From: Candidatus Latescibacterota bacterium
GTDB lineage: Bacteria; Latescibacterota; UBA2968; UBA8231
Assembly: GCA_964291625.2 (NCBI GenBank)
Contig: OZ220089.1
Location: 416,001 to 480,000, forward strand
Reading direction: 5' to 3'
DNA: 64,000 nucleotides
Made by a program: the position numbers and the translations under genes. A model generated the notes under the pieces. It saw only the letters and a list, made by a program, of their open reading frames with translations. It was not told where the DNA came from and did not search any database. This document shows, piece after piece, positions 8,796 through 17,878 of the stretch. How positions within the stretch are numbered: position 1 is the first letter of the stretch; the number at the start of each line of letters is the position of its first letter.

Positions 8796-10165
8796 CTTGT
8801 TCTCCCGGGGAGCGTGGTGATGTGCCGATCGACATCCGCGAGGCCAGCGCGGATGAGCCACGGTCTCGACAGCCCTTCCGCCGCAGGCCCGTCGAAGAGC
8901 AGCCGCCGGTCTCGCAGCAGGACGACGCGCGCGGCCGGGGATGGCAGTGAGTGGAGGCAGTGAGTGGCCCAGACGCACGCGGCGCTCGTCCGGCGAACGG
9001 ACTCTTCCACGAGCGTGCGCAGCTCGTGGGCGGCGACGGGATCGAGCCCGGCCGTGGGCTCGTCGAGGAGCAGCAGCGCGGGCTCGAGGACCAGGAGACC
9101 GGCGAGCGCCACCCGGCGCTGCTCCCCGAAGCTGAGCTGATGGCACGGACGCTCCAGCAGATGGTCTATGCCCAGGGCCGTCGCCGCCTCCCGGGATCGA
9201 CGCCGCGCCTCGACGACTTCGACGCCACGGCGAAGCAGACCCCAGGCAATGTCCTCGGCCACGGTGCTGGCGATGAAGTGGTGTTCCGGGTTCTGGCCCA
9301 GAAGCGCCACGCGTCCGTCGAGCCGGGCGCCGAGCCTCCCACCGGGCGACACCTGCTTTCCGAGGCGAGCCATGGTCCCTTGCGCCGGTCCGTCGAGCCC
9401 CGCGAGCAGGCGCAGCAAGCTCGATTTCCCGGCTCCACTCGGCCCACACACGAGGAGCCACTCCGCTCTTGCCAGGCGAAGTTCGACCTGCTCGAGCACC
9501 CGCTGCCCACCGCGTTCGACGTCGATGGCATCGAGGTGAACGCCGTCCTGAGCCCGAAGGTCCTCGGACGGGGCGCTGCGGAGCAGCGCGTTCTCCTCGG
9601 CACGTTCGAGGCGCTCGAAGGCATGCAGGGCCCCTTCGCCGAGCAGCGGTCCCCAGGCGCCCAGGGGCAACCGCGGTGACCCCAGGCGGAGGCGGGCGGC
9701 GTCACGCCGCTGGACCCACTCACGCTGGGTGAGAACACCGTGCATGAGCGCGTGGTCGAGGCTGGCCACCACGCCCTCGGGAATCCGCAGCCGGAGCAGG
9801 AGTTGCCGCAGCGACGCCCAGTCGACCTGGGTGCCAAGCCAGAGGACCCAGATGACGCCACACAGGACCCGGACGCTCGTCCGGACGATGGCGTCCGCGT
9901 GGGAGTCCAGGGCCACCCCGCCAAGCAGCGCGAGGGCCACGAGGGCCAGGGTCCAGGCGAGGGCCGGCTCGATCCTTCGGCGTCCACGGGCCCGCGCCAA
10001 CAGCAGGAGCGCCGCGCCCATCCCCGAGCCGATCAGGGACAGGGTGGTACTGCGCGTGCCCGCGTTGACGATCAGTACGCCGCCGGTCAGGGCGATGGCC
10101 ATTGCCGCAACCCACAGCGGTTGGCGGCGCTCGAAGAACAGGGGGTGCTCAGCGTGGAGGTGCAT
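8792..10165 (-). CDS. Fused ECF T component + ATPase (CbiQ-CbiO-like)
   Basis: N-terminal TM region; C-terminal GPSGAGKS, QNPEH, LSFGEQRR, LLLDEPT. Confidence 0.8.
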   Translation of the reverse strand: MHLHAEHPLFFERRQPLWVAAMAIALTGGVLIVNAGTRSTTLSLIGSGMGAALLLLARARGRRRIEPALAWTLALVALALLGGVALDSHADAIVRTSVRVLCGVIWVLWLGTQVDWASLRQLLLRLRIPEGVVASLDHALMHGVLTQREWVQRRDAARLRLGSPRLPLGAWGPLLGEGALHAFERLERAEENALLRSAPSEDLRAQDGVHLDAIDVERGGQRVLEQVELRLARAEWLLVCGPSGAGKSSLLRLLAGLDGPAQGTMARLGKQVSPGGRLGARLDGRVALLGQNPEHHFIASTVAEDIAWGLLRRGVEVVEARRRSREAATALGIDHLLERPCHQLSFGEQRRVALAGLLVLEPALLLLDEPTAGLDPVAAHELRTLVEESVRRTSAACVWATHCLHSLPSPAARVVLLRDRRLLFDGPAAEGLSRPWLIRAGLADVDRHITTLPGRTR

Positions 10166-11072
10166 CGCGCCCTTCGCCGAGCACCCGCTCCCAACTGCGC
10201 CCCGCGACGAATCCCAGCCCGAAGAGTATGAGGATCGACATGGCGAGCCCGGTCTCCCCCTGGCTCAGGTCGACGATGCTCTCCGCGGGCGGTCGCCCCG
10301 CCCCCTCGGCGGCCGCACCGAATACGGTTCCGTCGATGCCCTCGTAACCGCATCCGGACAGGCCGATCACCAGCGACAGAAGCATGGCGGACGCAGCGGG
10401 CGCGGAGACGGTGCGAAGCGTCCTCAGCGAGCTCGGCAGGAGGCCCGGCCGGCGTGCGGCCAACAGCCGTACGATGCCGACGGAGGCGACGGCTTCAAGA
10501 GCTGCCAGGGGGGCCTGGACAGGGGCAAACCCGAGCAGCACGGCGCCGAAGGTCGTGGCAGGTGCGGTCACATCGGACAACGCCGCGGCGAGCACCGCGG
10601 CGTCGGCAACGTATACGCTCAGGCCGCCGACGCCGCATGCGAGAGCGACGCCGAGAGCCCCGTCCACACCGAGCCGCCGCAGCAGAGACCAGAGCCCGAC
10701 GGTCGTCAGAGGCCCCAGCAGTCCGAGTGTCAGGACGTTGATCCCCAGCGTCGTGAGGCCGCCGTGAGCGAAGAAGACCGCCTGCAGCAGGAGCACGAAG
10801 AACGTGGGCCACACGATGCGGCGGACGCCGACGATCAGGGCGAGGACCGGCGTAAGGCAGATGTGACTGGTTGCGCCCACGACGGGGACCGGCAGCGGCA
10901 GCAGAGTGCCGGCAAAGAGCAGGCTCGTGGCGCCGGCCATGGTGACCGAGGACGAAGGTGTGTCGCCTCGCTTACGCCGCTCGCCGCGAAGGCTCCAGGC
11001 GAGAGTGGGTGCAGCCAGGGCACTCCACCCCATGGCCTGGCTGAGCGGAAGCACACCTTCTGCCAGATGCAT
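10149..11072 (-). CDS. CbiM/NikM-family ECF S component with fused accessory TM segment
   Basis: N-terminal MHLAEG metal-binding start; ATSH, QAVFFAHGGLTTLGIN; C-terminal extension with two more TM helices. Confidence 0.85.
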   Translation of the reverse strand: MHLAEGVLPLSQAMGWSALAAPTLAWSLRGERRKRGDTPSSSVTMAGATSLLFAGTLLPLPVPVVGATSHICLTPVLALIVGVRRIVWPTFFVLLLQAVFFAHGGLTTLGINVLTLGLLGPLTTVGLWSLLRRLGVDGALGVALACGVGGLSVYVADAAVLAAALSDVTAPATTFGAVLLGFAPVQAPLAALEAVASVGIVRLLAARRPGLLPSSLRTLRTVSAPAASAMLLSLVIGLSGCGYEGIDGTVFGAAAEGAGRPPAESIVDLSQGETGLAMSILILFGLGFVAGRSWERVLGEGRDAPPR

Positions 11073-11158
11073 CAGCGCCCTCCCCGGCGGTCAGCCAGTG
11101 GACCGTGCTTGCAGCCGAGGCGAGGATGCCCATCGATCCCACCGCTCCTGGGCGACCG

Positions 11159-11527
11159 TCATGCCGCCTTGCCACAGGCATCACAGGTTCCGAACAACAC
11201 CACCTCATGTCGCGTCATCCGGAACCTGTCCGGAACCAGGAACTCGAGGCCCTCGACGCAACCGACGAGGTCGAAGGCGCGGTCGCAGCCCGAGCAGAGG
11301 AAGTGATGGTGATGCTCGCGGTCCTTGGGCTCGTAGCGAACGCCGCCCCCCAACCCCTCCACCGGTTCCAGCGTGCCTTCCTCGACGCCCCGTTGAAGAG
11401 CGCGGTATACCGTGGCGAGACCGATACCCGTTCCGCTCAGGCGGCTCCACAGTTCCCTGGCCGACAGGGGGCCGTCCGCCTCGGCAAGAGCTCGCAGGAC
11501 GGTCATCTGCTGTTTCGCTCTCTCCAT
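11159..11527 (-). CDS. Fur-family metalloregulator (Zur/Nur-like)
   Basis: GIGLATVYRAL, HHHHFLCSGC, C-terminal CDAC. Confidence 0.9.
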   Translation of the reverse strand: MERAKQQMTVLRALAEADGPLSARELWSRLSGTGIGLATVYRALQRGVEEGTLEPVEGLGGGVRYEPKDREHHHHFLCSGCDRAFDLVGCVEGLEFLVPDRFRMTRHEVVLFGTCDACGKAA

Positions 11528-11533
11528 GGAGAT

Positions 11534-11561
11534 ATGATAATCAATTTTCAGTTATCGTCAA
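11534..11561 (-). promoter_or_regulatory. Sigma70 promoter overlapped by a Fur/Zur-type operator; probably leaderless transcript
   Basis: Minus strand TTGACG-16 nt-TATCAT ending 6 nt before the ATG; AT-rich dyad TGATAAT-CA-ATTTTCA (11535-11550) and GATAA-N11-TTATC (11536-11556). Confidence 0.7.
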
Positions 11562-11771
11562 GGCTTGCCCCAGCACCCGGAGCCTCGTCCCATAGCGCGG
11601 GCCAGCGACGTCTACGTCTGTCGCCTGGTCACGCCCCGACGGCGCACCGGGGGGGCAGGTCCCGGCGTAGAGCAGCCGGGCCTCGAGGCCACCGGCCCAG
11701 GCGATGATCTCCCGCACTCAGGATCTGACGAAGGCGCCGTCGGGCGCCTCGGCAGCTCTCCAAGGCTCGGT

Positions 11772-13478
11772 TCACGCGAAATCCGATCTCCAGAGATGAA
11801 CCGCCCTTGCCGCAAGCTGGCGCTGCCGTTCGTCCACCAGTTCCGGCGTCCATTGCTCGGGCGCCAGTGCGGGAATCTTCCGGGTCAGGGCATAGGCGCT
11901 GTTCTCGTAGGCCGCGCGCTTTTCGCCATATGTCGCATTCCCGACCTCGCGATTGGCGGAGGCTTCGAGAAGGGTGAGATTGCCGAGGCGGTACGTCGAT
12001 GCCTCCCTCGCTCCGGGCGCGAAGGACTCGCTCCAGGCCTCGGCCGGGTTCTCCGGCAGGACATGCTCGATCGTGCCGGGGTCCGTGTCCGGATCGCAGG
12101 CGCGGTCGGCGGCATCCTCTTCGAGTCGCGCCAGGATGTACTTGGCCAGTTTCCTTCTGGAGCCGCGGGTGTTCACGGTGAGGAGGGCGAAATCCTGGCG
12201 CATCTTCTCGTCGTCCACGTAGATCGGCTTCAAGTATTCGAAGACCTCCGAGGGGCCGGCGGCGGCGCCGTCGAGCACCGCCCTGGCGGCGCCGTGGTAG
12301 ACGGGTTCGAGGGCATTCGTGTTGAGGCGGCTGATCACGGTGTAGCGGCAGGAAACCACGCTGACGAGCTTCAGGATGCGGGCGAAGTCCTCCCTCAGAG
12401 ATTCCCACGCGGCGAACAGCAGGGGCATCGCCTGGTGTACTCGAAAAAGGTTGAGCTCACGGATGTAGGGCCTCGCAGCCGGCCATTCCGTCCAGTAGCT
12501 GTGGTTCGGGTCCGAGACCGCGGCGAAGAGCTCTGCCCGCCCTTCGAGGTGGTCGAGGAGACTGAATACATCCTGCGTCGTCTTCGTCCGGTCCCGTACC
12601 AGCTTGAAGAGCCGTCCGCTCCGTACTTTCGGCAGCTCGCAGAGCATGTGATAGCGCAGGAACTCCGGAAACCGCTCCTGTTCCACGGTCGAGACGAGGA
12701 ATCGCCACCGGCGCTGGAGCGCTTCCAGGTCGGCGGCCACGCGCACTCGAGAGAACAGGTAGTTCTTGAGCAGATCCGTGGTCGTCAGTTCCAGGCCGCG
12801 CGCGTTGAGCGTCTCGAAGACGGTGTAGGCCTTCAGCTCGTCGTCTACCGTGATGAGGATGAACAGGAACTGGCGGGCCAGGGTCTCGGACAGGAGGCTC
12901 GCCATGCCTATCCCGTCGACCTCCAACCCGTCGGCCTCTGCAAGGCAATCCCTGAAGAAGAGAAAGCACTCCCGGAGCCGCCGGTTCGACTTCGGCAGCC
13001 CCCCGGGGTTGAGCGGCTCCCTGAGTTGAACGAGGTAGTCCTGGTAGAAAGGATTGTCCGTCTCGTTGAGGTACAGCCGCGTGGACTCGGTGAGGGATGC
13101 CGGATCCTTCTCTCCGATGAAGCGATTGCGAAGCTCCCGGCCGCGCTCCCGGTTGGCATCGACGTCGATCCCCTGGTCGGCCATCGTCTGCAGCCGGTCG
13201 ATCACGGCGAGGGCGAAGAGGCTCAGTGTGGCCAGGCGCTGCTGGCCGTCGATGATCTGGAACTCACGGTCGCTCTTCCCTTCGACGACCAGGGCGCCCA
13301 TGTAGTGGCGGTCTTCCGCGCGAGGCCTCAACTCGACGATGTCATTCCATAGATCCTCCCACTGCTCCTGCGACCAGGAGTAATCGCGCTGGTAGGGAGG
13401 CACGCGGTACAACTTGCCGTTGCCGATCAGTTCCATGTAGTTGATCGTGCGAGTGTTCAGGATGTTCGCTGTCGCCAT
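11772..13478 (-). CDS. GmrSD-like DUF262 + DUF1524 (HNH) protein, putative modification-dependent restriction nuclease
   Basis: VPPYQRDYSW, IDGQQRL, FETLNARG (DUF262); IEHVLPEN, LGNLTLL..N (DUF1524). Confidence 0.88.
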   Translation of the reverse strand: MATANILNTRTINYMELIGNGKLYRVPPYQRDYSWSQEQWEDLWNDIVELRPRAEDRHYMGALVVEGKSDREFQIIDGQQRLATLSLFALAVIDRLQTMADQGIDVDANRERGRELRNRFIGEKDPASLTESTRLYLNETDNPFYQDYLVQLREPLNPGGLPKSNRRLRECFLFFRDCLAEADGLEVDGIGMASLLSETLARQFLFILITVDDELKAYTVFETLNARGLELTTTDLLKNYLFSRVRVAADLEALQRRWRFLVSTVEQERFPEFLRYHMLCELPKVRSGRLFKLVRDRTKTTQDVFSLLDHLEGRAELFAAVSDPNHSYWTEWPAARPYIRELNLFRVHQAMPLLFAAWESLREDFARILKLVSVVSCRYTVISRLNTNALEPVYHGAARAVLDGAAAGPSEVFEYLKPIYVDDEKMRQDFALLTVNTRGSRRKLAKYILARLEEDAADRACDPDTDPGTIEHVLPENPAEAWSESFAPGAREASTYRLGNLTLLEASANREVGNATYGEKRAAYENSAYALTRKIPALAPEQWTPELVDERQRQLAARAVHLWRSDFA

Positions 13479-13608
13479 CAGTCCGCTCCGATCGATCGCC
13501 CAGCCAGCAGTTCCCGCCCGTCCCGCCGAAGTCCGGCTCCCGCTCCTGGGCCCCTCCTTCGATAAGATAGGACCCATGCTACCCGGGCACCCTTCAAGTC
13601 GGCCGGGC

Positions 13609-14583
13609 TCAGGCCAGTTGCTCGTAGGCGCGATGGACGATGTCGAGGTCGCGGCGGGCGCGCGCCAGGCCGGAGTACGGCGACGCCTCGCGGGAGGAGA
13701 GGCAGAGGAGGAAGTCGTCGGTCATGCGTCCGTACCCCATGAGGTCGGCGAAGCCGGGGAAGCTGAGGCCCTTGCGCCCGGGGCCGCGCACGTGGAGGTA
13801 GAGGCCGTTGCTCTCGAAGAGGATGCGGCCCTCGGCCCCGTCGACGCGGGAGTGCTGGAAGACCCCCTTGCCCAGGGTCGGCAGGTCCCAGGCGTAGAGC
13901 AGATGCGCCTCCAGTCCGCCGTCCCAGCTCAGGCTCAGGCGGCAGCGCCGCTCCGGGGAGCCCTTCCGGGAGGTCGGGAACTCGGCCGCCACCTGGAGGG
14001 GGGCGCTCACCGGGGCCGGCTCCTGGCGGCGCGCCAGGGCCGCGTCGGCGAGATCGGCGATGAGGGCCACGAAGTGGATGCCGCCCTCCAGCAGGGCGCC
14101 GTGCCCGGCCTTCCAGCCCTCGGACTCCTGCCCCGTGAGCTTCTTCACCCGCATCGACCGCACGGCGCCGACGCCGTCCCAGGCGACGATCTCCCGCATC
14201 AGGACCTGGGAGGGCTTGTAGTAGTAGTTCTCGGCGACCATGACGAAGGCGCCGCCGGGCGCTTCGGCAGCCGCCTCCTCGATTCGCAGCAGCTCCGCGG
14301 CATCGACACACAGCGGCTTCTCCACCAGCACCGGGGTCCCGCCGGCCAGGGCCTGCAGGGTCTGCTCCGCGTGCATCTCCGGAGGCGTGGCGACCACCAC
14401 GCCGTCACTGGACTCCACCAGCTCGCTGAAGCTGCCGCAGGCACGGCCTCCGAACTCGCGGGCGAAAGCCTCGGCCTTCTCGCGGGTGCGGTTGTGGAAG
14501 CGCAGCTCCACCCCGCGCTCCGCCAGGTTGCGGGCGTGCAGGCGGCCGATGCCGCCGCACCCGGACAGCCCGACCCGCTTCAT
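13609..14583 (-). CDS. Gfo/Idh/MocA family oxidoreductase
   Basis: GCGGIG, VATPPEMH, LVEKP, GGIH. Confidence 0.85.
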   Translation of the reverse strand: MKRVGLSGCGGIGRLHARNLAERGVELRFHNRTREKAEAFAREFGGRACGSFSELVESSDGVVVATPPEMHAEQTLQALAGGTPVLVEKPLCVDAAELLRIEEAAAEAPGGAFVMVAENYYYKPSQVLMREIVAWDGVGAVRSMRVKKLTGQESEGWKAGHGALLEGGIHFVALIADLADAALARRQEPAPVSAPLQVAAEFPTSRKGSPERRCRLSLSWDGGLEAHLLYAWDLPTLGKGVFQHSRVDGAEGRILFESNGLYLHVRGPGRKGLSFPGFADLMGYGRMTDDFLLCLSSREASPYSGLARARRDLDIVHRAYEQLA

Positions 14584-16079
14584 CCCCGCTCCCCCCCGGC
14601 GATGGCCGGCGCCACCCGCAGGGCGTTGGCGGCGATCGTCAGGCTGGGGTTGACGCCGCCGCTGGCGGGGAAGCAGGAGCCGTCCACGACCCACAGGTTG
14701 TCCACCCCCCACAGCCGGCACCCGGGGTCCAGGGCGCCGTCGTCGGGGGAGGCGGCCATGCCCACGGAGCCGACGCCGTGGGAGAAGGTGTCGATCTCGT
14801 AGACCCGGGTGGTCCAGGCCCCGGCCGTCCGGAGCAGCCGGCGGGCCCGGGCGACGAGGTGATCCCGGCGGCGCAGGTCGGCGGGGCCGTACTCGTGGTC
14901 GACCTGCGGCACCCGGACGCCGAAACGGTCCCTCTCGTCGGAGAGGGATACCCGGTTCTCCGGCCGGGGGTCGTCCTCGGCAACGCAGAGCAGGTTCTGC
15001 ATGTAGGCGGACATCCAGCCGGCGAGCCTCTTCAGGCCCGGGGGCGCGTGGTGGCGGATCACCGCCGCCGCGGGGGTGTAGATGTCCTGCACCGTGCCCG
15101 TGGCGGTGCCCAGCTCGGCCCGCAGGTCCTCGTAGAACTCGGTGAAGCAGAGCTGCTTGTGGAAGACCTGGCGCGGGTTGGTGGGGGCGCGGAAGAGGCC
15201 GGCCACCACGGCGTTGCAGTGCCGCATCAGCCGCCGCCCGATCCAGCGGCCGCCGGGGCTGTCCTCGCCGAGACCGGAACGCAGCAGCAGCGCCGGGGAG
15301 TGCAGGGCGCCGGCGGCGACGACGAACCTGTCCGCCTCGAACTCATGTCCTTCCCCGGTCTCGACGTCGACGCACTGGGCCGCCGCGGCCCTCCCCCCCT
15401 CCAGGCGCAGGCGCAGGGCCGCCGCGCCGGCGCGGATCTCCAGCCCCAGCTCCGCCGCCCGTCGCAGCACGGTCACCGCCAGGTCGTTCTTCGCCTCGAT
15501 CTTGCAGGGGAAGCCGTCGCAGGTGTTGCACAGGATGCACCGGGGGCGGGCGTCGTCGCTGAAGTTGAGGGCCAGGGGGATGGGAAAGGGCCGCCAGCCG
15601 AGGCGCCGGGCGGCGGCGCGCAGCCGCTGGGCGGGTTCGGTGAACGGGACCGGCGCCCGCGGATAGGCCGCCGACCTCGGGGGCTCGCAGGGGTCGGCGC
15701 CGGCCTCGCCGTGCACGTCGAGGAGCGCCTCGGCCCGGGTGTAGTGGGGCTCCAGCTCCCCGTAGGAGAGGGGCCAGCGGTCGAGGTCGGCCTCGCGCAG
15801 GCGCAGGGAGGCGCCGCCGTAGACCACGGAGTGGCCGCCCAGCATCTCCATCGGCCGCAGCGGCGCGTGGCGCCGGGCCCCGTACTGGCGCACCTGCACC
15901 GGCGACGCGCTGCGGTAGCGATCGCCGGTCACCACTTGGCGCGGGTCCCAGTCGCCGTCGTCGCGGCGCACCGGCCGGCCGCGCTCGAGGAGCAGCACCC
16001 GCAGCCCCGCCTCGGTCAGGGCCAGGGCGGTGAAAGCGCCGCCGAAACCGGAGCCGATGACGACGGCGTCGTACGCCAT
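14580..16079 (-). CDS. GMC family FAD oxidoreductase
   Basis: VIGSGFGG, CxxCxxCxxxxC cluster (CILCNTCDGFPC), LLRSG, H-G, VVDGSCFP..NPSLTIAANA. Confidence 0.88.
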   Translation of the reverse strand: MAYDAVVIGSGFGGAFTALALTEAGLRVLLLERGRPVRRDDGDWDPRQVVTGDRYRSASPVQVRQYGARRHAPLRPMEMLGGHSVVYGGASLRLREADLDRWPLSYGELEPHYTRAEALLDVHGEAGADPCEPPRSAAYPRAPVPFTEPAQRLRAAARRLGWRPFPIPLALNFSDDARPRCILCNTCDGFPCKIEAKNDLAVTVLRRAAELGLEIRAGAAALRLRLEGGRAAAAQCVDVETGEGHEFEADRFVVAAGALHSPALLLRSGLGEDSPGGRWIGRRLMRHCNAVVAGLFRAPTNPRQVFHKQLCFTEFYEDLRAELGTATGTVQDIYTPAAAVIRHHAPPGLKRLAGWMSAYMQNLLCVAEDDPRPENRVSLSDERDRFGVRVPQVDHEYGPADLRRRDHLVARARRLLRTAGAWTTRVYEIDTFSHGVGSVGMAASPDDGALDPGCRLWGVDNLWVVDGSCFPASGGVNPSLTIAANALRVAPAIAGGERG

Positions 16080-16891
16080 CACCCCCCCGCGCCGGGGAGG
16101 ACCGCCTCCACGATGTAGAGGGCCGCCAGGGCGGCGATGATGACCAGGGCCGCGTAGTGGAAGCGCTCCCGCATCCGCAGCTCGGGCTCGCGGCGCGGCA
16201 GGTCGGGCCGGAACTTCCCGGACATGTTGCGCTGCACGTAGGTCTTGTAGTACTCGACGGCGAAGCGCTCGAGGCCGCCGTTCATGTAGATCAGGAACCC
16301 CAGGCCCACCGCCGGCCCCCCGGGATCGGCGAACCAGAAGAGGGGGCTGAGCACGGCCAGCACGAGCCCCGAGCGCTGGAACTTCAGGGGCCGGAAGCCC
16401 TCGAAGGGGGCGTCCTTGTAGGCGCCGCCGAGGGAGACGAGCAGGCCGGTGCCGTAGGCGGTGACCACGAACATCCAGAACCGCTCCACCGGCAGGTCGA
16501 TCCAGAGGACGGCGAAGACGGCGGCGACGATCGCCGTGCCCGCGGCGTAACGCGTCAGGTCGCTGCCCACGTGACGGCCGAAGAAGGTGATGCGCGAGGG
16601 GACGAAGTACTTCTGCTGGTCCTCGGTGCGGAAGAAGCCCTTGTAGATCTCGGCCAGGAACCGCTCGAGCCCCATGACGAGGAAGAACAGCTGGAACAGG
16701 GTCAGGTCGGCAAGGCGGGCGCGCCACGGGGGCACCAGGCAGAGGAGGGCGAAGAGGGCGAGGTGGAACCAGATGCTGCGCGGGAAGGTCCGCGGCTTCC
16801 AGCCCTCGTAGGGGGAGTCCTTGAAGGCGCCCCACAGGCTGGTGTAGAGCCCGGAGACGACGGTCACGAGCAGCTGGAGGGCGACCGGCAT
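16079..16891 (-). CDS. Uncharacterised membrane protein with two-fold internal repeat
   Basis: Hydrophobic; duplicated GA(F/Y)KD(S/A)P(Y/F)EG and GLERFxxExYK; stop abuts the GMC start. Confidence 0.7.
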   Translation of the reverse strand: MPVALQLLVTVVSGLYTSLWGAFKDSPYEGWKPRTFPRSIWFHLALFALLCLVPPWRARLADLTLFQLFFLVMGLERFLAEIYKGFFRTEDQQKYFVPSRITFFGRHVGSDLTRYAAGTAIVAAVFAVLWIDLPVERFWMFVVTAYGTGLLVSLGGAYKDAPFEGFRPLKFQRSGLVLAVLSPLFWFADPGGPAVGLGFLIYMNGGLERFAVEYYKTYVQRNMSGKFRPDLPRREPELRMRERFHYAALVIIAALAALYIVEAVLPGAGG

Positions 16892-17014
16892 GGGCGGCAA
16901 AGATACCGGAGCCCCACCCGGGGCGCCAAGCTGGCGCTCCCTTTGGCCGCCGCCGGGACGGGTCTTAGAATTGCACCCTTCCCGCCCCCTTCCCGCGATC
17001 CCGGAGCCCTCGAC

Positions 17015-17878
17015 ATGCGACTCGGAGTGGTGGGTCTGCTGCCCGCCGATTTCCGCGACATCACGCCCGGACATCTCTCCGCCATCTCCGGCCTGGGACT
17101 GACCGGCGCCGGCAGCCACGCCAGCGGTGAGATCCTCGGCGAGGCCACGCCCGACCAGTGTGCCAGCGTGCGGGCGGTCTTCGAGGGAGCCGGCATGGAC
17201 CTGGTGCAGTTCGGCATCGGCTACTCCGGGTGCCTCTTCGATCCCGACCAGGCGGTGCGGGCGCGTCTCCTCGACACGATCGGCCGCGGCATCGAGGTCT
17301 CGGCCGCCCTCGGCGCCCACTTCTGCCTGATCCGCACGGGCAGCCTGAACCCGGCCGGCTCCTATGCCCCCGGCCCGGAGAACCACCAACCCGAGTGCCG
17401 CGACCGCCTGCTGGTGTCGCTGCGGCGGATCGCCGCCAGGGCCGAGGCCGAGGGCGTCACCATGGTCGTCGAGACCCACCTGCTGACGATCATGGACTCG
17501 CCCGAGACCAACGCCTCCCTCCTCGCCGAGGTCGGCTCCGAGCGCCTGCGCGTGGTCATGGACTGCGCCAACCACTTCCAGGCCGTGCACCAGGTCTACG
17601 ACTCTCGTCCCCGCATCGACCGCATCTTCGAGCACATGGGGCCCATCGCCGGCTGCGGCCACCTCAAGGACGCGGCCGTGCGCGGCGGCTTCGTCAGCCA
17701 CGTGGACGAGGAGGTCCCCGGCGAGGGCGACCTCGACCTCGGGTACCTGCTGCAGCGCTGGCAGGAGATCCGCCCCGAGGGCTACATGCTCCTGGAGCAC
17801 CTGCCGGACGAGAAGTACCCCCTCGCCGCGGCCAACGCCCACCGCATCGCGGCGCGGGCCGGCGTGGAGGTCCACTGA
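17015..17878 (+). CDS. Sugar phosphate isomerase/epimerase (xylose isomerase-like TIM barrel)
   Basis: VET, DCANH, HLKD, GEGDLD, LEH motifs. Confidence 0.8.
   Translation: MRLGVVGLLPADFRDITPGHLSAISGLGLTGAGSHASGEILGEATPDQCASVRAVFEGAGMDLVQFGIGYSGCLFDPDQAVRARLLDTIGRGIEVSAALGAHFCLIRTGSLNPAGSYAPGPENHQPECRDRLLVSLRRIAARAEAEGVTMVVETHLLTIMDSPETNASLLAEVGSERLRVVMDCANHFQAVHQVYDSRPRIDRIFEHMGPIAGCGHLKDAAVRGGFVSHVDEEVPGEGDLDLGYLLQRWQEIRPEGYMLLEHLPDEKYPLAAANAHRIAARAGVEVH

Noticed and set aside
11073-11158. Cobalamin riboswitch upstream of cbiM
   Set aside because: The gap is too short and no B12-box is seen
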